Source: a virus (lineage: Duplodnaviria; Caudoviricetes). Taken from it: a stretch of 60,067 nt of DNA. This document shows positions 1 through 11,185 of this stretch, one piece after another (position 1 is the first letter of the stretch; every line of letters begins with the position of its first letter). The position numbers and the translations under genes were made by a program. The stretch covers positions 1 to 60,067 of the IMG/VR virus record IMGVR_UViG_3300012950_000003; one strand, given 5' to 3'. Under the pieces are notes generated by a model. It made no database searches. It saw nothing but the letters and a program-made list of their open reading frames with translations, and was not told the origin of the DNA.

Positions 1-2
1 GG

Positions 3-2183
3 GAGATAAAACACTCTCAGGAAAATATTGAAGCCTACCAAAAAACGATTGACGCCTTTGATCCGACCAAGGGGTTCGGCAAGTTGGGCGGCCAAACCTT
101 CAAGAGTTTGCAAGAGAACGAACATGCCAGAGAAAGATTCTTGTATGAGATGAGCCGGGGCGGGTTGGGCCAATTCCAAGAAGATGCCCGGCATATGCTC
201 TCTCGGTTGGGTGACGTTGAAGGGCAAACAGTAGGCGATTTCTTAGGCGGGATGATCGGTGCCGAAGAGGCTAACATCCAAGCGGCCCAAGATAGTATGG
301 CCGGCCTGAGTATGCAGTTGGAGAATTTGGTTCGAGTTAGCGGCGATGCAGACATTAACCGTTTTGAGCAACTGATTTCCACTTTCAACGACCTGCAAAC
401 TTCAACACAAGCCAAGGCTTGGAATCTGCAACTTGAAATTCTAGCCAAGAATCTCGGTTTGAGTAAAGAGGTTCTGACCGATTTTATTCGGTTGGCCAAA
501 GATGCCAGCCAGTTACCAGCAGTCACGCCACCACCTGCACCGGCCAAAGGCGGTCTAAGTGAAGCCGAAAAAGCCTTGAAGGCAAAGAAGGCTATTGAAG
601 CGGCAACCAAGGCCAGGGAAGAAGCTAAAGCCCGTCAGATGCAGGGCGAAGCTGACCTCAGAGCGCAACAAGAGAAGTTGCGGAAGTTACAGGCCAAGTT
701 AGACAAAGAGGTGGAAGCAGAAAGGGTAGCTGAAGCTGAAAAGACGGCCACCGAAATCAAGCGGGTAAGGACGAAGATGATGCAGGATCTTCTCCGCCAA
801 AATAAAGAGCGATCAGAACAGGCCTTCCAAGACGATTTGGTCACCTATAGACAGCAATTAGAACGGGAAGCTGAAGCTAGCCGCCAAGCCAAGGCCAAAG
901 AACTAGAAGAGCGAAAAAAAGCTGAAGATCTATATTGGATCGCTTATGTTAAGGCTTCCAAGTCAAGGTTCAAACAATTAGCGGATGCGCGCAAAAAGGT
1001 TGATGATGAACGCCGCCGCTTGGATGCCATCAGTTCGCCGGGGATGCGGTTTGACCGTATGCCCGGCATAGGGGATGCGGGAGAAACCGCAGGTGATGTC
1101 AAAACGGTGGCTGATAGCTTTCGTGATTGGGCCGATGGTATAGCTCAAGTTTCTGATGCCTTCGCCTATTTGGGGGAGACATTGGGTATGGAAAGCGAGG
1201 TTTATAAAGAAGGGTTTGAATTTGTCACCAATGCGGCTGATGCTATCAGCAAGATGGCTAGCGGCAACATGGTTGGTGGTGTGATCCAATTATCAATGGC
1301 TGTTTTGGAATTGGTGCCAGCCTTCAAAAAGTTAAAGGAGGCGGCACGGCAATCACCTATACTGGAGACACTTCGCAATCGGTTGGAAGATATACCAAAA
1401 GCGTTCCTTGAAGCTACCGATGAGGATTTTGTTAAGTCGAGGTTGGCGAAGATGGAGGGGGCAGACAAGGAGGCTTTTGACCGATTGGCTAAAAGCATAA
1501 ATTATAAGCTGAACGAAATGGAAGATCATGTCCGAAGGCTCCGCAACAAAAGCCAAGAAATCAGCGGTGCCATTTTGGAGGGGTTACGTGAGGGGTTCGT
1601 CAAAAACGACCTTAGTACCACCTTAGACACTATTTCTGGCTCCATTGACAAGATGCTATATGAAGCGGTATTGCAGGCCAGTATGAGCAAGGCTTGGATG
1701 TCAGGCTCGGTTGGCCGCTTGGCTGTGGAATTGGACAAAGCCTTGGCGGATGCGGTCATTGATGAGGCCGAGAAAAAGACTTTGGCTGGCGTTCGGGCTG
1801 GGGTGGAGGCATTTACTAGGGACGCCCGGTTAAAGGCTTCCGATGCGCTACAAGCCTTGGGCCTCAATCCGCAAGCTATGTTCCCCCAAGCCGAAAAAGA
1901 AGACCGAAAAACACCCGGCCTATCAGTGGCTATTCGCAATATTACCACCCGACAAGCCGATACCTTGACCCGTGTCCTCCGTGGCCAAATGTCGTTACTA
2001 TCTCAAGTAGCGGGTAACACCTTACGTTCAGCAATGGCTCTCGAAACATACTTACCGTCCGTGTCGAATACTTTGGAACAGAACCAAGGCCGACCAGCGG
2101 CCGAACAGGTTACCAGCTTTAATAGGCAATCAAATTTGATAGATTCATATTTCCAACAACAGGCGGCAATGGGCGGAGCCTGA
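3..2183 (+). CDS. Tape measure protein, C-terminal part (5'-truncated)
   Basis: Frame is open from position 3 (EIKHSQENIEAY...). Long Ala/Glu/Lys-rich helical/coiled-coil protein directly upstream of the Dit-like gene. The N-terminal part is at 58977-60067. Confidence 0.85.
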   Translation, partial: EIKHSQENIEAYQKTIDAFDPTKGFGKLGGQTFKSLQENEHARERFLYEMSRGGLGQFQEDARHMLSRLGDVEGQTVGDFLGGMIGAEEANIQAAQDSMAGLSMQLENLVRVSGDADINRFEQLISTFNDLQTSTQAKAWNLQLEILAKNLGLSKEVLTDFIRLAKDASQLPAVTPPPAPAKGGLSEAEKALKAKKAIEAATKAREEAKARQMQGEADLRAQQEKLRKLQAKLDKEVEAERVAEAEKTATEIKRVRTKMMQDLLRQNKERSEQAFQDDLVTYRQQLEREAEASRQAKAKELEERKKAEDLYWIAYVKASKSRFKQLADARKKVDDERRRLDAISSPGMRFDRMPGIGDAGETAGDVKTVADSFRDWADGIAQVSDAFAYLGETLGMESEVYKEGFEFVTNAADAISKMASGNMVGGVIQLSMAVLELVPAFKKLKEAARQSPILETLRNRLEDIPKAFLEATDEDFVKSRLAKMEGADKEAFDRLAKSINYKLNEMEDHVRRLRNKSQEISGAILEGLREGFVKNDLSTTLDTISGSIDKMLYEAVLQASMSKAWMSGSVGRLAVELDKALADAVIDEAEKKTLAGVRAGVEAFTRDARLKASDALQALGLNPQAMFPQAEKEDRKTPGLSVAIRNITTRQADTLTRVLRGQMSLLSQVAGNTLRSAMALETYLPSVSNTLEQNQGRPAAEQVTSFNRQSNLIDSYFQQQAAMGGA

Positions 2184-2202
2184 TCATTGATAGGAGTTCA
2201 TA

Positions 2203-5200
2203 ATGGCTAATCAGCTAGTAAAGATTAACGGCAGAAATTTATATGACGGGCTAGTGACTGAGGTTGGCGGCGTGACCCACAACTGCAACTTCGAGACCTT
2301 GACGGTATCGGGCCGGGGTTTGGCACCAACCAGAGATCGCCAACTGCAGTTCCCGGGTGATGTTGGAGCTAGGGATTACGGCAGTTTGCCGGACGTGCGA
2401 AGGATTACCGTTAATGGGATTTTGCACGCTGACACCATCCAAGCCTTTGAATATGGCATGGATCAGTTAAAACAGCTTGGCCGCAACCGTTTGAAGGTAG
2501 ACGAGATATTGTATGGTGAGGTGGAAGCTCAGACCTTATGGTTCGCGGATGAAAGTATCGTGGCTGGGCCGTTCGTATATTCCCATGAGGGGACGGATGG
2601 GAGTGGGGATTATTATATTGTCAATTCTGCATCTCCAATCGCCTCTTATGATCAGTGGGGTCCGAAATGGACGGCACTTGGATCAACGGCGGCCGACATC
2701 TCGACATATGATTATAAGATAGAGTTCACCAATAGTGCTAACGATTATTATAATGGGTTTCTGTTTGATTTCTGGAAAATAGGCAGTAATTCTAACCAGA
2801 GACAGCTTTACATTAAGCCGACGGCTAATTTCACCTCAGCCCCAACAGCAGGCGATATTTTTTGGGTCCGTGATGACCGCTATTACCTAGTTAATTATAG
2901 TGGCACCATGAACGAGGAACGGTTGACCCGTCAGTGGTTCGCTCACGGATTTGCCAACATCACTTTACCCTTCAAAGCGGTGTACCCTTTCGCGGTTAGT
3001 GAGGTCAAAACTACCGAGTTCACACCTAACGCCACCAACGGCTATTTCAAGAGCATCAATACCGGTACAGCCCCAACTTTCCCGGTTTACCGTATTAAAG
3101 GCGCGGCTAATACTCCCACCATCGTGGAAGCCACCCATTCGCTAGTATGGAACGCCAACGACAATAACGCCACCAACATTCTGGGCGATACAGTAGGGGC
3201 CACCGTTTCAGCGGCCGGGTTCTACGGTCAGACCGGCAAGTTGAACCAAGCTATCGCTTTTGATAGCAATCAGGACAAAACCAAAGGGGATGCCCTCACT
3301 GTCACGAATCCCGAGACTCGGAATGGTATGGGGATCGGGGCGGCTCTTAATGCCAACCAAGCCACCATCTCTTTTTGGGCTAAAAAGGCGGGGGACTGGA
3401 GCTTAGACCTTGGGGGGGTAACAAACGAGTATCTTTTTGCCAATGGGAATCTATATATCACTATAGATCACCCTACAGACAGGCTCTATTTCCAACGAGG
3501 CGGAGTCAACAATTATGTGTCGACAACTACATTAACGGGGGGCAATTGGTATCTGGTTGTAGGGCGGTGGGATTCCAGGCGTGCCGGGTGGTCAACAGCC
3601 TACGCCTCTGCATATATATCTTTCGAGATCTACGACACTTCGGGTAGCCTTATTTTGAATAGCAACGCCTCCTCCAACCCCAACGACCCGGACACTGCCT
3701 ATGATATCACCCTTGGCAGCTCCTTGGGCAGTATTCAGTATTGGGACGGCCTGATCGACGATCTGGCCATTTGGGACCGCCCCTTATCAGACACCGAAGT
3801 CTCCACCCTAGTCAACTCCGGCACAGGTGTCCGAGCCGATACCGTAGCCTCCAGCGAGTTGGTGTATTATTCGGACTTCGATCAAACCGTCGGGACGGTA
3901 TTTGATGACGAGCAAATCGCCTCCTCCAACATGGACACGGCGCAGGTTTCGGCCACTACTACCACCACGGCTACTATTGCCGGATACGGTGACAAGATCT
4001 TTCCGGGTACTGATCGGTTTGTTCTCTACGACGAAACCGGCTACAAGGTACAAAGCACAGTAGCAACCTCGGCTGATACGAGCATCACCTATGCCACCCT
4101 AACAGACGCCGATAAAGTCGGGGTTTATGCCACGCTGAACGGGAGCCAAGGGTTCAGCCAGGGGGATATACTAAATGCCGGCACCTCTGATTTGGCGACA
4201 AGCTGTTGGTTCAATATCCCGGAAGGTACTGCTGATGGGAATTATTTTGTGATCTACAAACGCGACGGCGGGATGTTATATAATTGTGCCATCACGATAC
4301 TCGCTGGTGGGACACAAGCCCTCCTGAACAGCTCTTATTATACCGATTGGTCAAATTATCTGTACCGGTATTCAACTAATATGATAAGTGCAATAGATGG
4401 CAAATGGCATCACGCCTTTTTTGTTTGGGATAATTCAACCCAGACGGTCCAATTTTATTTGGATGGTACGGATATTAGTGGTAGCGGTAGCTCCGTTGCT
4501 GGCACGGTCACTACTGTTTCGCCGTCCGCGAATATATATGTGGGCATCGACTACACAGGGTCGGCCAACTTTTGGGCCGCTAACGGCAAAATTAAAGATT
4601 TGCGGGTATGGGCCGGTAATGATTTGGGAGCCGCCTCATTACATGCCGCCGCCGCCCTGACCCTTGCCAGCAACCCAAATGGGGCTTCTGTTTCTATCAA
4701 CTCTCATGCCGAAGATGCCTGGTGGTTGATGTCCGATGCCGCCACGGACACAACTTTGGCCGACAGCTCGGCCAGTTCAAACACGCTAGCTTTAGTCGGC
4801 GGCGTAGATACCAACTACGGCACCCACTCCCGCACCCAACTGGCATACATCAGCAGAAACCTGATCGCCGATGGGGGCATGGAAAATGGCGGGATTGGGG
4901 GGAGGTTGCAAGGAGACGCGGCGTCTTCCTATTCCACAATCACCAGCCAAGTCAAAAAAGATGCCCAATCAATCCAGATTACCAACGGAGACGCAACACC
5001 AGCGGCATTCCGTAACGTTTTTACCACGGCCAGCGGCGAAGATTATGTCATCCGGGCATGGCATCGAGGGGCGGCGACTATCGCCTTCGTGAATATGATG
5101 ACAGTGGGGGCGACGGCAATTATTAACACCACCCAAGCCGGAGTCACGGCCAATACTTGGGGTTTCGTTGAGTCTTGTTATGAGGCGGCGGGAGCCTCTA

Positions 5201-6525
5201 CTGATTTAAGTATTATTTCGAGCAGTACCACTGACACTGAGACTTGCCAATACGACGACCTAAAAATCCTGCCCAACTTGGTGGATAACGGCGGCATGGA
5301 GGGGGGAGCTGGTCCGCCCACGGGGTGGACGCAAGAGGCCGGCGCCACAGTAACCTCAGACACTGATGAGCATAGCGGAACAAATTCACTGCTGATTACA
5401 GCGACCGGGGGCGATCAGGGGGCTAATCAATCCTTATCTGGTGCTTTTGTGGCAGGAAACTGGTATGAATTAAGCCTATGGTATAAAAAGGGGACGGCTA
5501 CAGGGAAAGTGATGATAAATGATGGGGCGGCCAATGTCGTGTCGGCCACTGACTTGACAGAGACCTCATACACGCGGCGGAGCTGGATATTTAAGGCCGG
5601 AGGAACAGGTGCAGGCATCTATATTAGAGCGGTTAGTGCCGGTACTGTTTATTTTGACGACATAGCCATAGTCCACCGCCCCGACCTGTCCGCCTCCTTC
5701 AACAACATGACCAACGGCTATCGCTTCGAGCCGACGAGATTGACGCGGGGGTATAAAACGGGCTACAACGAGAAATATGATTTTTCGGGCCAAACGATTA
5801 ACCTTGATGATTACTCCATACGGACTGTGTTTAGGCCACAATACCCGTCGGCGGTAGCCGAGGACAGCTACATTATCAATGTGTATAGTGATGGGAATGA
5901 TTATATAGCTGTCAAATACGATAACGCATCCGATAAGTTTGTGTTCCACCGAAAGGCTGGTGGGGTGCATTATTACGCATATTCGCCTGTGATGAACTTC
6001 TCACAGGACGATGAAATCGAAATAGGGTGCAGTTTTGATACCACCAACGGGATGAAGATTTATGTAAACGGTTCAAATGCAGGGGCGACTAATCAGGCGT
6101 CGACAACTACCGCAAGCTACATCCCAGCGGCGGCCTCTGTCTTAATTGGAACGTATTCTACAACATCTGGAAATTATCCGCCGGTTCTGATCGACGACCT
6201 CGAAATCCTGGCCAAATCGCAACCCGATGAATGGTTCGCCGAACAACACGCCAAACGGAACGCGGCCAAGTTTGAGAACCTGAAAGCGGTTTATGCTTCC
6301 ACCTTGGATGCGGGAGACATCTTGACCTTAGACTCCAACACCACCAAGGTAATCGCTAGGGCCAAACTGTGGGACGCTTCGGCCAGCACTGATACTGATG
6401 CCCTGACCAATATGACCATCAACCAGAGCAAGATGCCGATCTTGTCACCTACCAAGTCGATGTTGTATTTTCCTAATTCGATACCCTCTGGTGTTGAGAT
6501 TTATTACCGCAATAACTTCCAATAG
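2203..6525 (+). CDS. Distal tail (Dit-like) protein with inserted LamG-like and CBM-like domains
   Basis: Follows the TMP. Dit-like N-terminus (FPGDVGARDYG...RRITVNG...LPFKAVYPFA; NTGTAPTFPVYRIKG). LamG-like segments (TISFWAK...WDGLIDDLAIWDRPLS; DGKWHHAFFVWD). Two carbohydrate-binding-like repeats (NLIADGGME / NLVDNGGME...YFDDI). Confidence 0.75.
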   Translation: MANQLVKINGRNLYDGLVTEVGGVTHNCNFETLTVSGRGLAPTRDRQLQFPGDVGARDYGSLPDVRRITVNGILHADTIQAFEYGMDQLKQLGRNRLKVDEILYGEVEAQTLWFADESIVAGPFVYSHEGTDGSGDYYIVNSASPIASYDQWGPKWTALGSTAADISTYDYKIEFTNSANDYYNGFLFDFWKIGSNSNQRQLYIKPTANFTSAPTAGDIFWVRDDRYYLVNYSGTMNEERLTRQWFAHGFANITLPFKAVYPFAVSEVKTTEFTPNATNGYFKSINTGTAPTFPVYRIKGAANTPTIVEATHSLVWNANDNNATNILGDTVGATVSAAGFYGQTGKLNQAIAFDSNQDKTKGDALTVTNPETRNGMGIGAALNANQATISFWAKKAGDWSLDLGGVTNEYLFANGNLYITIDHPTDRLYFQRGGVNNYVSTTTLTGGNWYLVVGRWDSRRAGWSTAYASAYISFEIYDTSGSLILNSNASSNPNDPDTAYDITLGSSLGSIQYWDGLIDDLAIWDRPLSDTEVSTLVNSGTGVRADTVASSELVYYSDFDQTVGTVFDDEQIASSNMDTAQVSATTTTTATIAGYGDKIFPGTDRFVLYDETGYKVQSTVATSADTSITYATLTDADKVGVYATLNGSQGFSQGDILNAGTSDLATSCWFNIPEGTADGNYFVIYKRDGGMLYNCAITILAGGTQALLNSSYYTDWSNYLYRYSTNMISAIDGKWHHAFFVWDNSTQTVQFYLDGTDISGSGSSVAGTVTTVSPSANIYVGIDYTGSANFWAANGKIKDLRVWAGNDLGAASLHAAAALTLASNPNGASVSINSHAEDAWWLMSDAATDTTLADSSASSNTLALVGGVDTNYGTHSRTQLAYISRNLIADGGMENGGIGGRLQGDAASSYSTITSQVKKDAQSIQITNGDATPAAFRNVFTTASGEDYVIRAWHRGAATIAFVNMMTVGATAIINTTQAGVTANTWGFVESCYEAAGASTDLSIISSSTTDTETCQYDDLKILPNLVDNGGMEGGAGPPTGWTQEAGATVTSDTDEHSGTNSLLITATGGDQGANQSLSGAFVAGNWYELSLWYKKGTATGKVMINDGAANVVSATDLTETSYTRRSWIFKAGGTGAGIYIRAVSAGTVYFDDIAIVHRPDLSASFNNMTNGYRFEPTRLTRGYKTGYNEKYDFSGQTINLDDYSIRTVFRPQYPSAVAEDSYIINVYSDGNDYIAVKYDNASDKFVFHRKAGGVHYYAYSPVMNFSQDDEIEIGCSFDTTNGMKIYVNGSNAGATNQASTTTASYIPAAASVLIGTYSTTSGNYPPVLIDDLEILAKSQPDEWFAEQHAKRNAAKFENLKAVYASTLDAGDILTLDSNTTKVIARAKLWDASASTDTDALTNMTINQSKMPILSPTKSMLYFPNSIPSGVEIYYRNNFQ

Positions 6526-6533
6526 GCCGATCA

Positions 6534-9500
6534 ATGCTTGAGAGTTACCGCCTAGAAGTTTGGAACGGCAAAACTGAAACCGTTGGGGGGACGGAATACC
6601 CTCCTAACGGCCTCAGAATGGCTTTTCTGGACAGTATTGACTTTAATAGTGTTCAAGTGTCGGAGGACTTGGTCGGAGGCCACAGGATCGAATTTCGGGC
6701 GGCTTACGACGATCCGGCCTTGGAGCATGTGACCGCCTTCAATTATTTGCGGTTGGTGGATTTACGGACCGATGTTTTGGAGACCACCATCACGGCCATA
6801 AATTCCTCTACTGGCGTAGTGCTGGATGCTACCACCGGCCCGGCTTTCTTGACCAATTTAGCTATAGATGATGTGGTGACTGTTAATTTAGCTGACACGG
6901 TATACCGTAGCACGGTCAACAGCATTGATGCCGCTAGTGTCAGTATCCGTCAATGGTCACGGGGTGAGGTTGGCACTACCCAAGTCAAGACAGCGGCCGA
7001 CCATGCTGGCCGTACCATCCAGAGAACCGATTATCGGCTCTACCGGATCAAGCAGGTCGAGTATCAACGTGACCAGCAAGGCATTTTATCGGCCCGGATC
7101 CAAGCTGACCATTTCAGTTACGATATGGCCAACCTGCCTTTTATTGTTAGCGGTCGAGCGGATATAGCCTATTCTCAAAACCAGTTAGGAGCTTCACGCC
7201 CGTCTTGGGAACAAGACCCCACCAGTTTATTAGGGGAGGTTTTAAGCCCTTTCAGCAATAGTTTCGCCGCCGGCCGGGTCGATTTTTCTGACACTAGCAA
7301 CAAGGAGGCCGTTTTTAGGTCGGATTCGTGTCTACGAGCCGCCCGTAGTTTGGCCCCCATTTGGGAAGGTGACCTGTCTATCAATGAAGATGGGCTAGCC
7401 GATCTCCTCTATTTCAAAGGCAGGCACTCCGGCATGAGTGTGATCTATGGCCGGAATCTGGAATCTTTGAGCAAGCACCAAGACGCTTCAGAATTAGCCA
7501 CCGAGATTTATCCGGTTGGCGCATCTTCCGCCTGGGAAGATACCTATACCGGCCTCGTCCAAGATTTCCATACCGCCACTTACAGCACGGGCCGTCAAAC
7601 CTCGCGCCAGATGTTACGGATCGCCAATAATTGGGCCGGCGGTGATAGGAAGTTTCGGGTCGGTGATGTGATAGCTGTTTACAATGATGTCTGGGCTACT
7701 GGTGTGGTTTCCCAAAGTTCGGACAGGTTGACCTTGACCTTGGATGCTACCAAGGGGCCGGGGTTAGCTACCGTCACCACTTATGCCGGCCTGAAAGCCA
7801 GTGCCTATCGGGGTGGGATCGCCTTTATTTATTCAGGTACTGAAGCTGGCCAGATCAGGAATATTGTTGATAATGGCGGCTTGACGGTGACTTTAGACCA
7901 AGCCTTCGGTGGAGATCCGACTGGCGGCGAAATTTGGCTGATCCGTAACCCAGAGATAACCGAGGTCTTGGGGTTCAATTACCTGACCGGCACCGCCACC
8001 TCTGGCACGTCCAACACCTTGACCGATAGTGGAGCCTCATTCGGTGATTATACCAGCACTGGTTGGATCGAGATTGCTAGCGGGACCGGATTGGGCCAAG
8101 TTCGGGCCGTCTATAATAATACCTCCACCGTGATCACGGTGGCTTCGGATTGGGATACCACCCCTGACAGTTCGAGTGTCTATATGCTCTGGAACAACCA
8201 TCTAGCGACTGGAACTGGCAGTTATTTTATGCAGGTCGGAAAGTTGAAGCGACAACCTTCTAGCGCCTCCTACGAGACGGGCGGTAGTACCGTCGGCCAA
8301 TATGGGGCCGGAGGGGTCAGCATGATGGTTAAGGTCGATACTGAGGAGCCGTTGACGGTCGGCAAATCGTTCAACTACCGGTCATCATTACGGTATTATC
8401 ATCGGGGCGGAACCAATGCCCATACTGTCAGCTTGGTGGATGCGTCAGAGAGTAGCAAATTCACCCATGTCGGCCGGGTCAGGATCAATGAGTATCTACC
8501 GACCCTGACGGCAGGAGACCCAGCCATCGGCATCCCGGTTAAACAGGTTCTGGAGACCCGGATCACCTCTATCAGCAATAATTATTTGATCCTTCCGCCT
8601 TCTCCTATCAGTGAGCCAACTACTGGTGATCCGACCACCTTTGCCAGTGTGGAGGCGGTGACGTTCAAAGACCAAACGGCTAGCGACAATTATGGGCAAG
8701 TCAGCCGGTTCGTGTCGGACGAACAGATCCATCGGCCTGACGACCTAGCCAATAAAGCCCTGAAGACTTTAGCCAAATCGTCGATTCCCAAGACCCGCTA
8801 TTCGGTCAAGTTTGGCGAGTTATACGAGATCGACCCCATCCTTTATGATACCGAGAAAGCTAATGTCGGTGATCTATTCGATGTCTATGACGAGTCGGCC
8901 ACCGCCGCCACTTACCAAGACAACCTGATCGACCCTAATGAGTTTCAAATCGTTATCCCGGCCACGGCCAGATTAGCTCATGCAACTGATTTCACCGTAA
9001 TCTACTATATCGCCGGCGGTACCATTTCCTTGATTGAGAACCAATATCGAGGGGCCAAGCTCGGCTTCGGGCGTAGCACCATCACCTTGATAGATGAATT
9101 TATGAAATTCTATGCGGTTGTAGCTAACACTGATTCCCAAATCGTAATTGAAAGGATGGACGAAACGGTCGATGCTTGGGCATTTGAGCCAGCCAACATG
9201 AGTTCAACGCCGTACGGAGGCGGGATTCGCAACAGCTTGCGAATTATCGAGAAAAGTTGGAACCCGTTCGATCCGCGCCAAATGACAGTCGAGGTTTCTA
9301 ATGCCGAGGATATGATGGCCTCATTGCCTCAACTGCAACTGAAGCAAGATCTGGCCGGCAAGAAAACCCAAACTGGAACCAATAACGCTAATATCCAAGC
9401 CAACATTCCGGTCTGTATGCACTGGTCAAGTGAAAAACGGAGGTGCGTTCGGTCGGCCCCGCCCAACTGGTTCTGCAATTCCATCTACGCCAATAAAGAC

Positions 9501-9965
9501 GGCAAGTTGACCGATGAATTGAAACCGATCACCAAAGCCATGTGCAAGGGATTCCAGACACCGGTTGATCGTGACCTCCCTACCGTTACCAAGACCATGA
9601 TTACCACTATTTCAAGTCTGGCTTATGATGCCTCTGCTACCAACCCGTCATCGTTTACTACCATTTCAGTTGATTTGCCGGTAATTGTGAGAGATGCTAG
9701 TCAGGTCAAAGTGACCCCAATAGGCATGACCAAAGATGCGGATACTGGGAGCGAGGTACAGAAACCGCCCCGCAAATTAAAATACAAAATCAAACTTGAC
9801 GGACTTAACGACCTGAAACCTTACGACCCGGTAAAAGGTACAGGTATCGTTTTGGATGGTTGGCAAATGGATGGAAACGATCCAGACCATGAAGGCACCT
9901 ATGAGATCAGCCTGACCGGATCTGATGCTTCCTATTATTACGATCAATTTATGGCTTCGCAATAA
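6534..9965 (+). CDS. Tail-associated baseplate hub/spike (Tal-like) protein
   Basis: Position after Dit. Prophage-tail-like motifs (YGRNLESLSKHQDASELATEIYPVG; PKTRYSVKFGEL). Internal repeat (SGTEAGQIRNI / SGTGLGQVRAV). Confidence 0.7.
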   Translation: MLESYRLEVWNGKTETVGGTEYPPNGLRMAFLDSIDFNSVQVSEDLVGGHRIEFRAAYDDPALEHVTAFNYLRLVDLRTDVLETTITAINSSTGVVLDATTGPAFLTNLAIDDVVTVNLADTVYRSTVNSIDAASVSIRQWSRGEVGTTQVKTAADHAGRTIQRTDYRLYRIKQVEYQRDQQGILSARIQADHFSYDMANLPFIVSGRADIAYSQNQLGASRPSWEQDPTSLLGEVLSPFSNSFAAGRVDFSDTSNKEAVFRSDSCLRAARSLAPIWEGDLSINEDGLADLLYFKGRHSGMSVIYGRNLESLSKHQDASELATEIYPVGASSAWEDTYTGLVQDFHTATYSTGRQTSRQMLRIANNWAGGDRKFRVGDVIAVYNDVWATGVVSQSSDRLTLTLDATKGPGLATVTTYAGLKASAYRGGIAFIYSGTEAGQIRNIVDNGGLTVTLDQAFGGDPTGGEIWLIRNPEITEVLGFNYLTGTATSGTSNTLTDSGASFGDYTSTGWIEIASGTGLGQVRAVYNNTSTVITVASDWDTTPDSSSVYMLWNNHLATGTGSYFMQVGKLKRQPSSASYETGGSTVGQYGAGGVSMMVKVDTEEPLTVGKSFNYRSSLRYYHRGGTNAHTVSLVDASESSKFTHVGRVRINEYLPTLTAGDPAIGIPVKQVLETRITSISNNYLILPPSPISEPTTGDPTTFASVEAVTFKDQTASDNYGQVSRFVSDEQIHRPDDLANKALKTLAKSSIPKTRYSVKFGELYEIDPILYDTEKANVGDLFDVYDESATAATYQDNLIDPNEFQIVIPATARLAHATDFTVIYYIAGGTISLIENQYRGAKLGFGRSTITLIDEFMKFYAVVANTDSQIVIERMDETVDAWAFEPANMSSTPYGGGIRNSLRIIEKSWNPFDPRQMTVEVSNAEDMMASLPQLQLKQDLAGKKTQTGTNNANIQANIPVCMHWSSEKRRCVRSAPPNWFCNSIYANKDGKLTDELKPITKAMCKGFQTPVDRDLPTVTKTMITTISSLAYDASATNPSSFTTISVDLPVIVRDASQVKVTPIGMTKDADTGSEVQKPPRKLKYKIKLDGLNDLKPYDPVKGTGIVLDGWQMDGNDPDHEGTYEISLTGSDASYYYDQFMASQ

Positions 9966-10336
9966 TGGCTAATAACGTCCCAAAAACCGAACTGGATTAT
10001 GCCAACTCGGTCAACCACGAACTGCTGGAGTTGATCCTATATCGCCAGAAAAGGAAATATGCTTTGAGTGCATCCTTGTTGGCGGTTCTGTTGGCCTTGA
10101 TCATGGGCTTGCTGGTGATGGCGGCTGGGAAATATGAGATCGACGCTGGGGTGGAGACCCTATTGACTATCACCGTCACCGCCGTGGCAACAAGCATGTC
10201 CAAGCTGACCGATTTCTGGTTTAACAACCAAAGTGATGACGCCCAATTGGTGAAAGAAGCCACTAGCTTCAGCTTGGGGCTAAACGGCCCCAGCAAGGGG
10301 GAAGGGAACGAAGGAGATGAGACTGAAACTGGTTAG
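9965..10336 (+). CDS. Two-TM membrane protein (holin-like candidate)
   Basis: Two hydrophobic segments; TAATG coupling to the upstream gene. Confidence 0.5.
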   Translation: MANNVPKTELDYANSVNHELLELILYRQKRKYALSASLLAVLLALIMGLLVMAAGKYEIDAGVETLLTITVTAVATSMSKLTDFWFNNQSDDAQLVKEATSFSLGLNGPSKGEGNEGDETETG

Positions 10337-10526
10337 AAATTCGGACCATGTGTTCGGGGAGCTTGACCGATATTGGCATGCCAAGGTGGAAGTGGCTGGC
10401 GAGGTTATGCAAGATATTTTGCTGACTGAATCACAAATCAAGGATGCCATCAAGAGAGCCAAACGGAAAGACGAACTGCTCAACGGCACCAAATCGTGGG
10501 GTGAGAAGCTGTTCGGGTGGTGGTAA
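10317..10526 (+). CDS. Hypothetical protein
   Basis: GAAGGAG RBS upstream; packed tightly in the operon. Confidence 0.6.
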   Translation: MRLKLVRNSDHVFGELDRYWHAKVEVAGEVMQDILLTESQIKDAIKRAKRKDELLNGTKSWGEKLFGWW

Positions 10527-10946
10527 ATGATAGGCTTCACTTGCGGATCGTTCGACCTGTTACATGCCGGCCATATTCTAATGCTAACTGAATGTAAGGA
10601 TTATTGCGACTATTTGATCGTGGGCTTGCAGGTAGATCCCTCGGTTGATCGGTCAGAAAAGAATAAGCCGGTCCAATCGTTGTTTGAACGCCAGATCCAA
10701 TTAGAGAGTGTCAGGTACGTGGATCAGGTAGTAGTTTATGAAACCGAGGCCGATTTGGTACAAGTATTGTTGTCCTTCTGCCCTGATCGACGGTTCGTTT
10801 CAGAGGAGTATCGAAACAAGGATTTCACCGGATCTGAGATCTCTGGCATCGAGGTCATTTATAACAACCGTCGTCACCATTTCAGTTCGAGCCGATTACG
10901 GGAACGATGCCAAGATGGATCCGGCTGGGTAATGGATCGTGAATGA
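10527..10946 (+). CDS. Cytidylyltransferase (TagD/glycerol-3-phosphate CT-like)
   Basis: GSFDLLHAGH (HxGH) motif, LIVGL, ERxxxLxxVRYVD and C-terminal SSSRLR. Confidence 0.9.
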   Translation: MIGFTCGSFDLLHAGHILMLTECKDYCDYLIVGLQVDPSVDRSEKNKPVQSLFERQIQLESVRYVDQVVVYETEADLVQVLLSFCPDRRFVSEEYRNKDFTGSEISGIEVIYNNRRHHFSSSRLRERCQDGSGWVMDRE

Positions 10947-11172
10947 ATCAACTTTAGCTTATGGGCGGCACGGTGATATGTCCTATTATTTGGCCCCGGC
11001 CTTGGAAGGTGAACGCAAGCGGAAATTCTATTGTTTGATCAAGCAAATGAGGCAAGCGGTAGATGAAATCTATGAGGCAGGGGATGAGTGTCCGCCTTTG
11101 CTACTGACAACTAACTTTCAAACGGTCATCGACTTGAAGGCTCAAGCCCTGCTAATTTTGCGGGGAGGTTAG
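10939..11172 (+). CDS. Hypothetical protein
   Basis: Fills the gap in the co-oriented operon. Confidence 0.5.
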   Translation: MNESTLAYGRHGDMSYYLAPALEGERKRKFYCLIKQMRQAVDEIYEAGDECPPLLLTTNFQTVIDLKAQALLILRGG

Positions 11173-11185
11173 CGGCAAAAAGCAA

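Noticed and set aside
35-1948. Minus-strand ORFs opposite the TMP and similar antisense ORFs elsewhere
   Set aside because: Fully overlapped by well-supported genes and have no recognisable motifs.
2203-9965. Diversity-generating retroelement targeting tail genes
   Set aside because: No reverse transcriptase and no TR/VR repeat pair seen.
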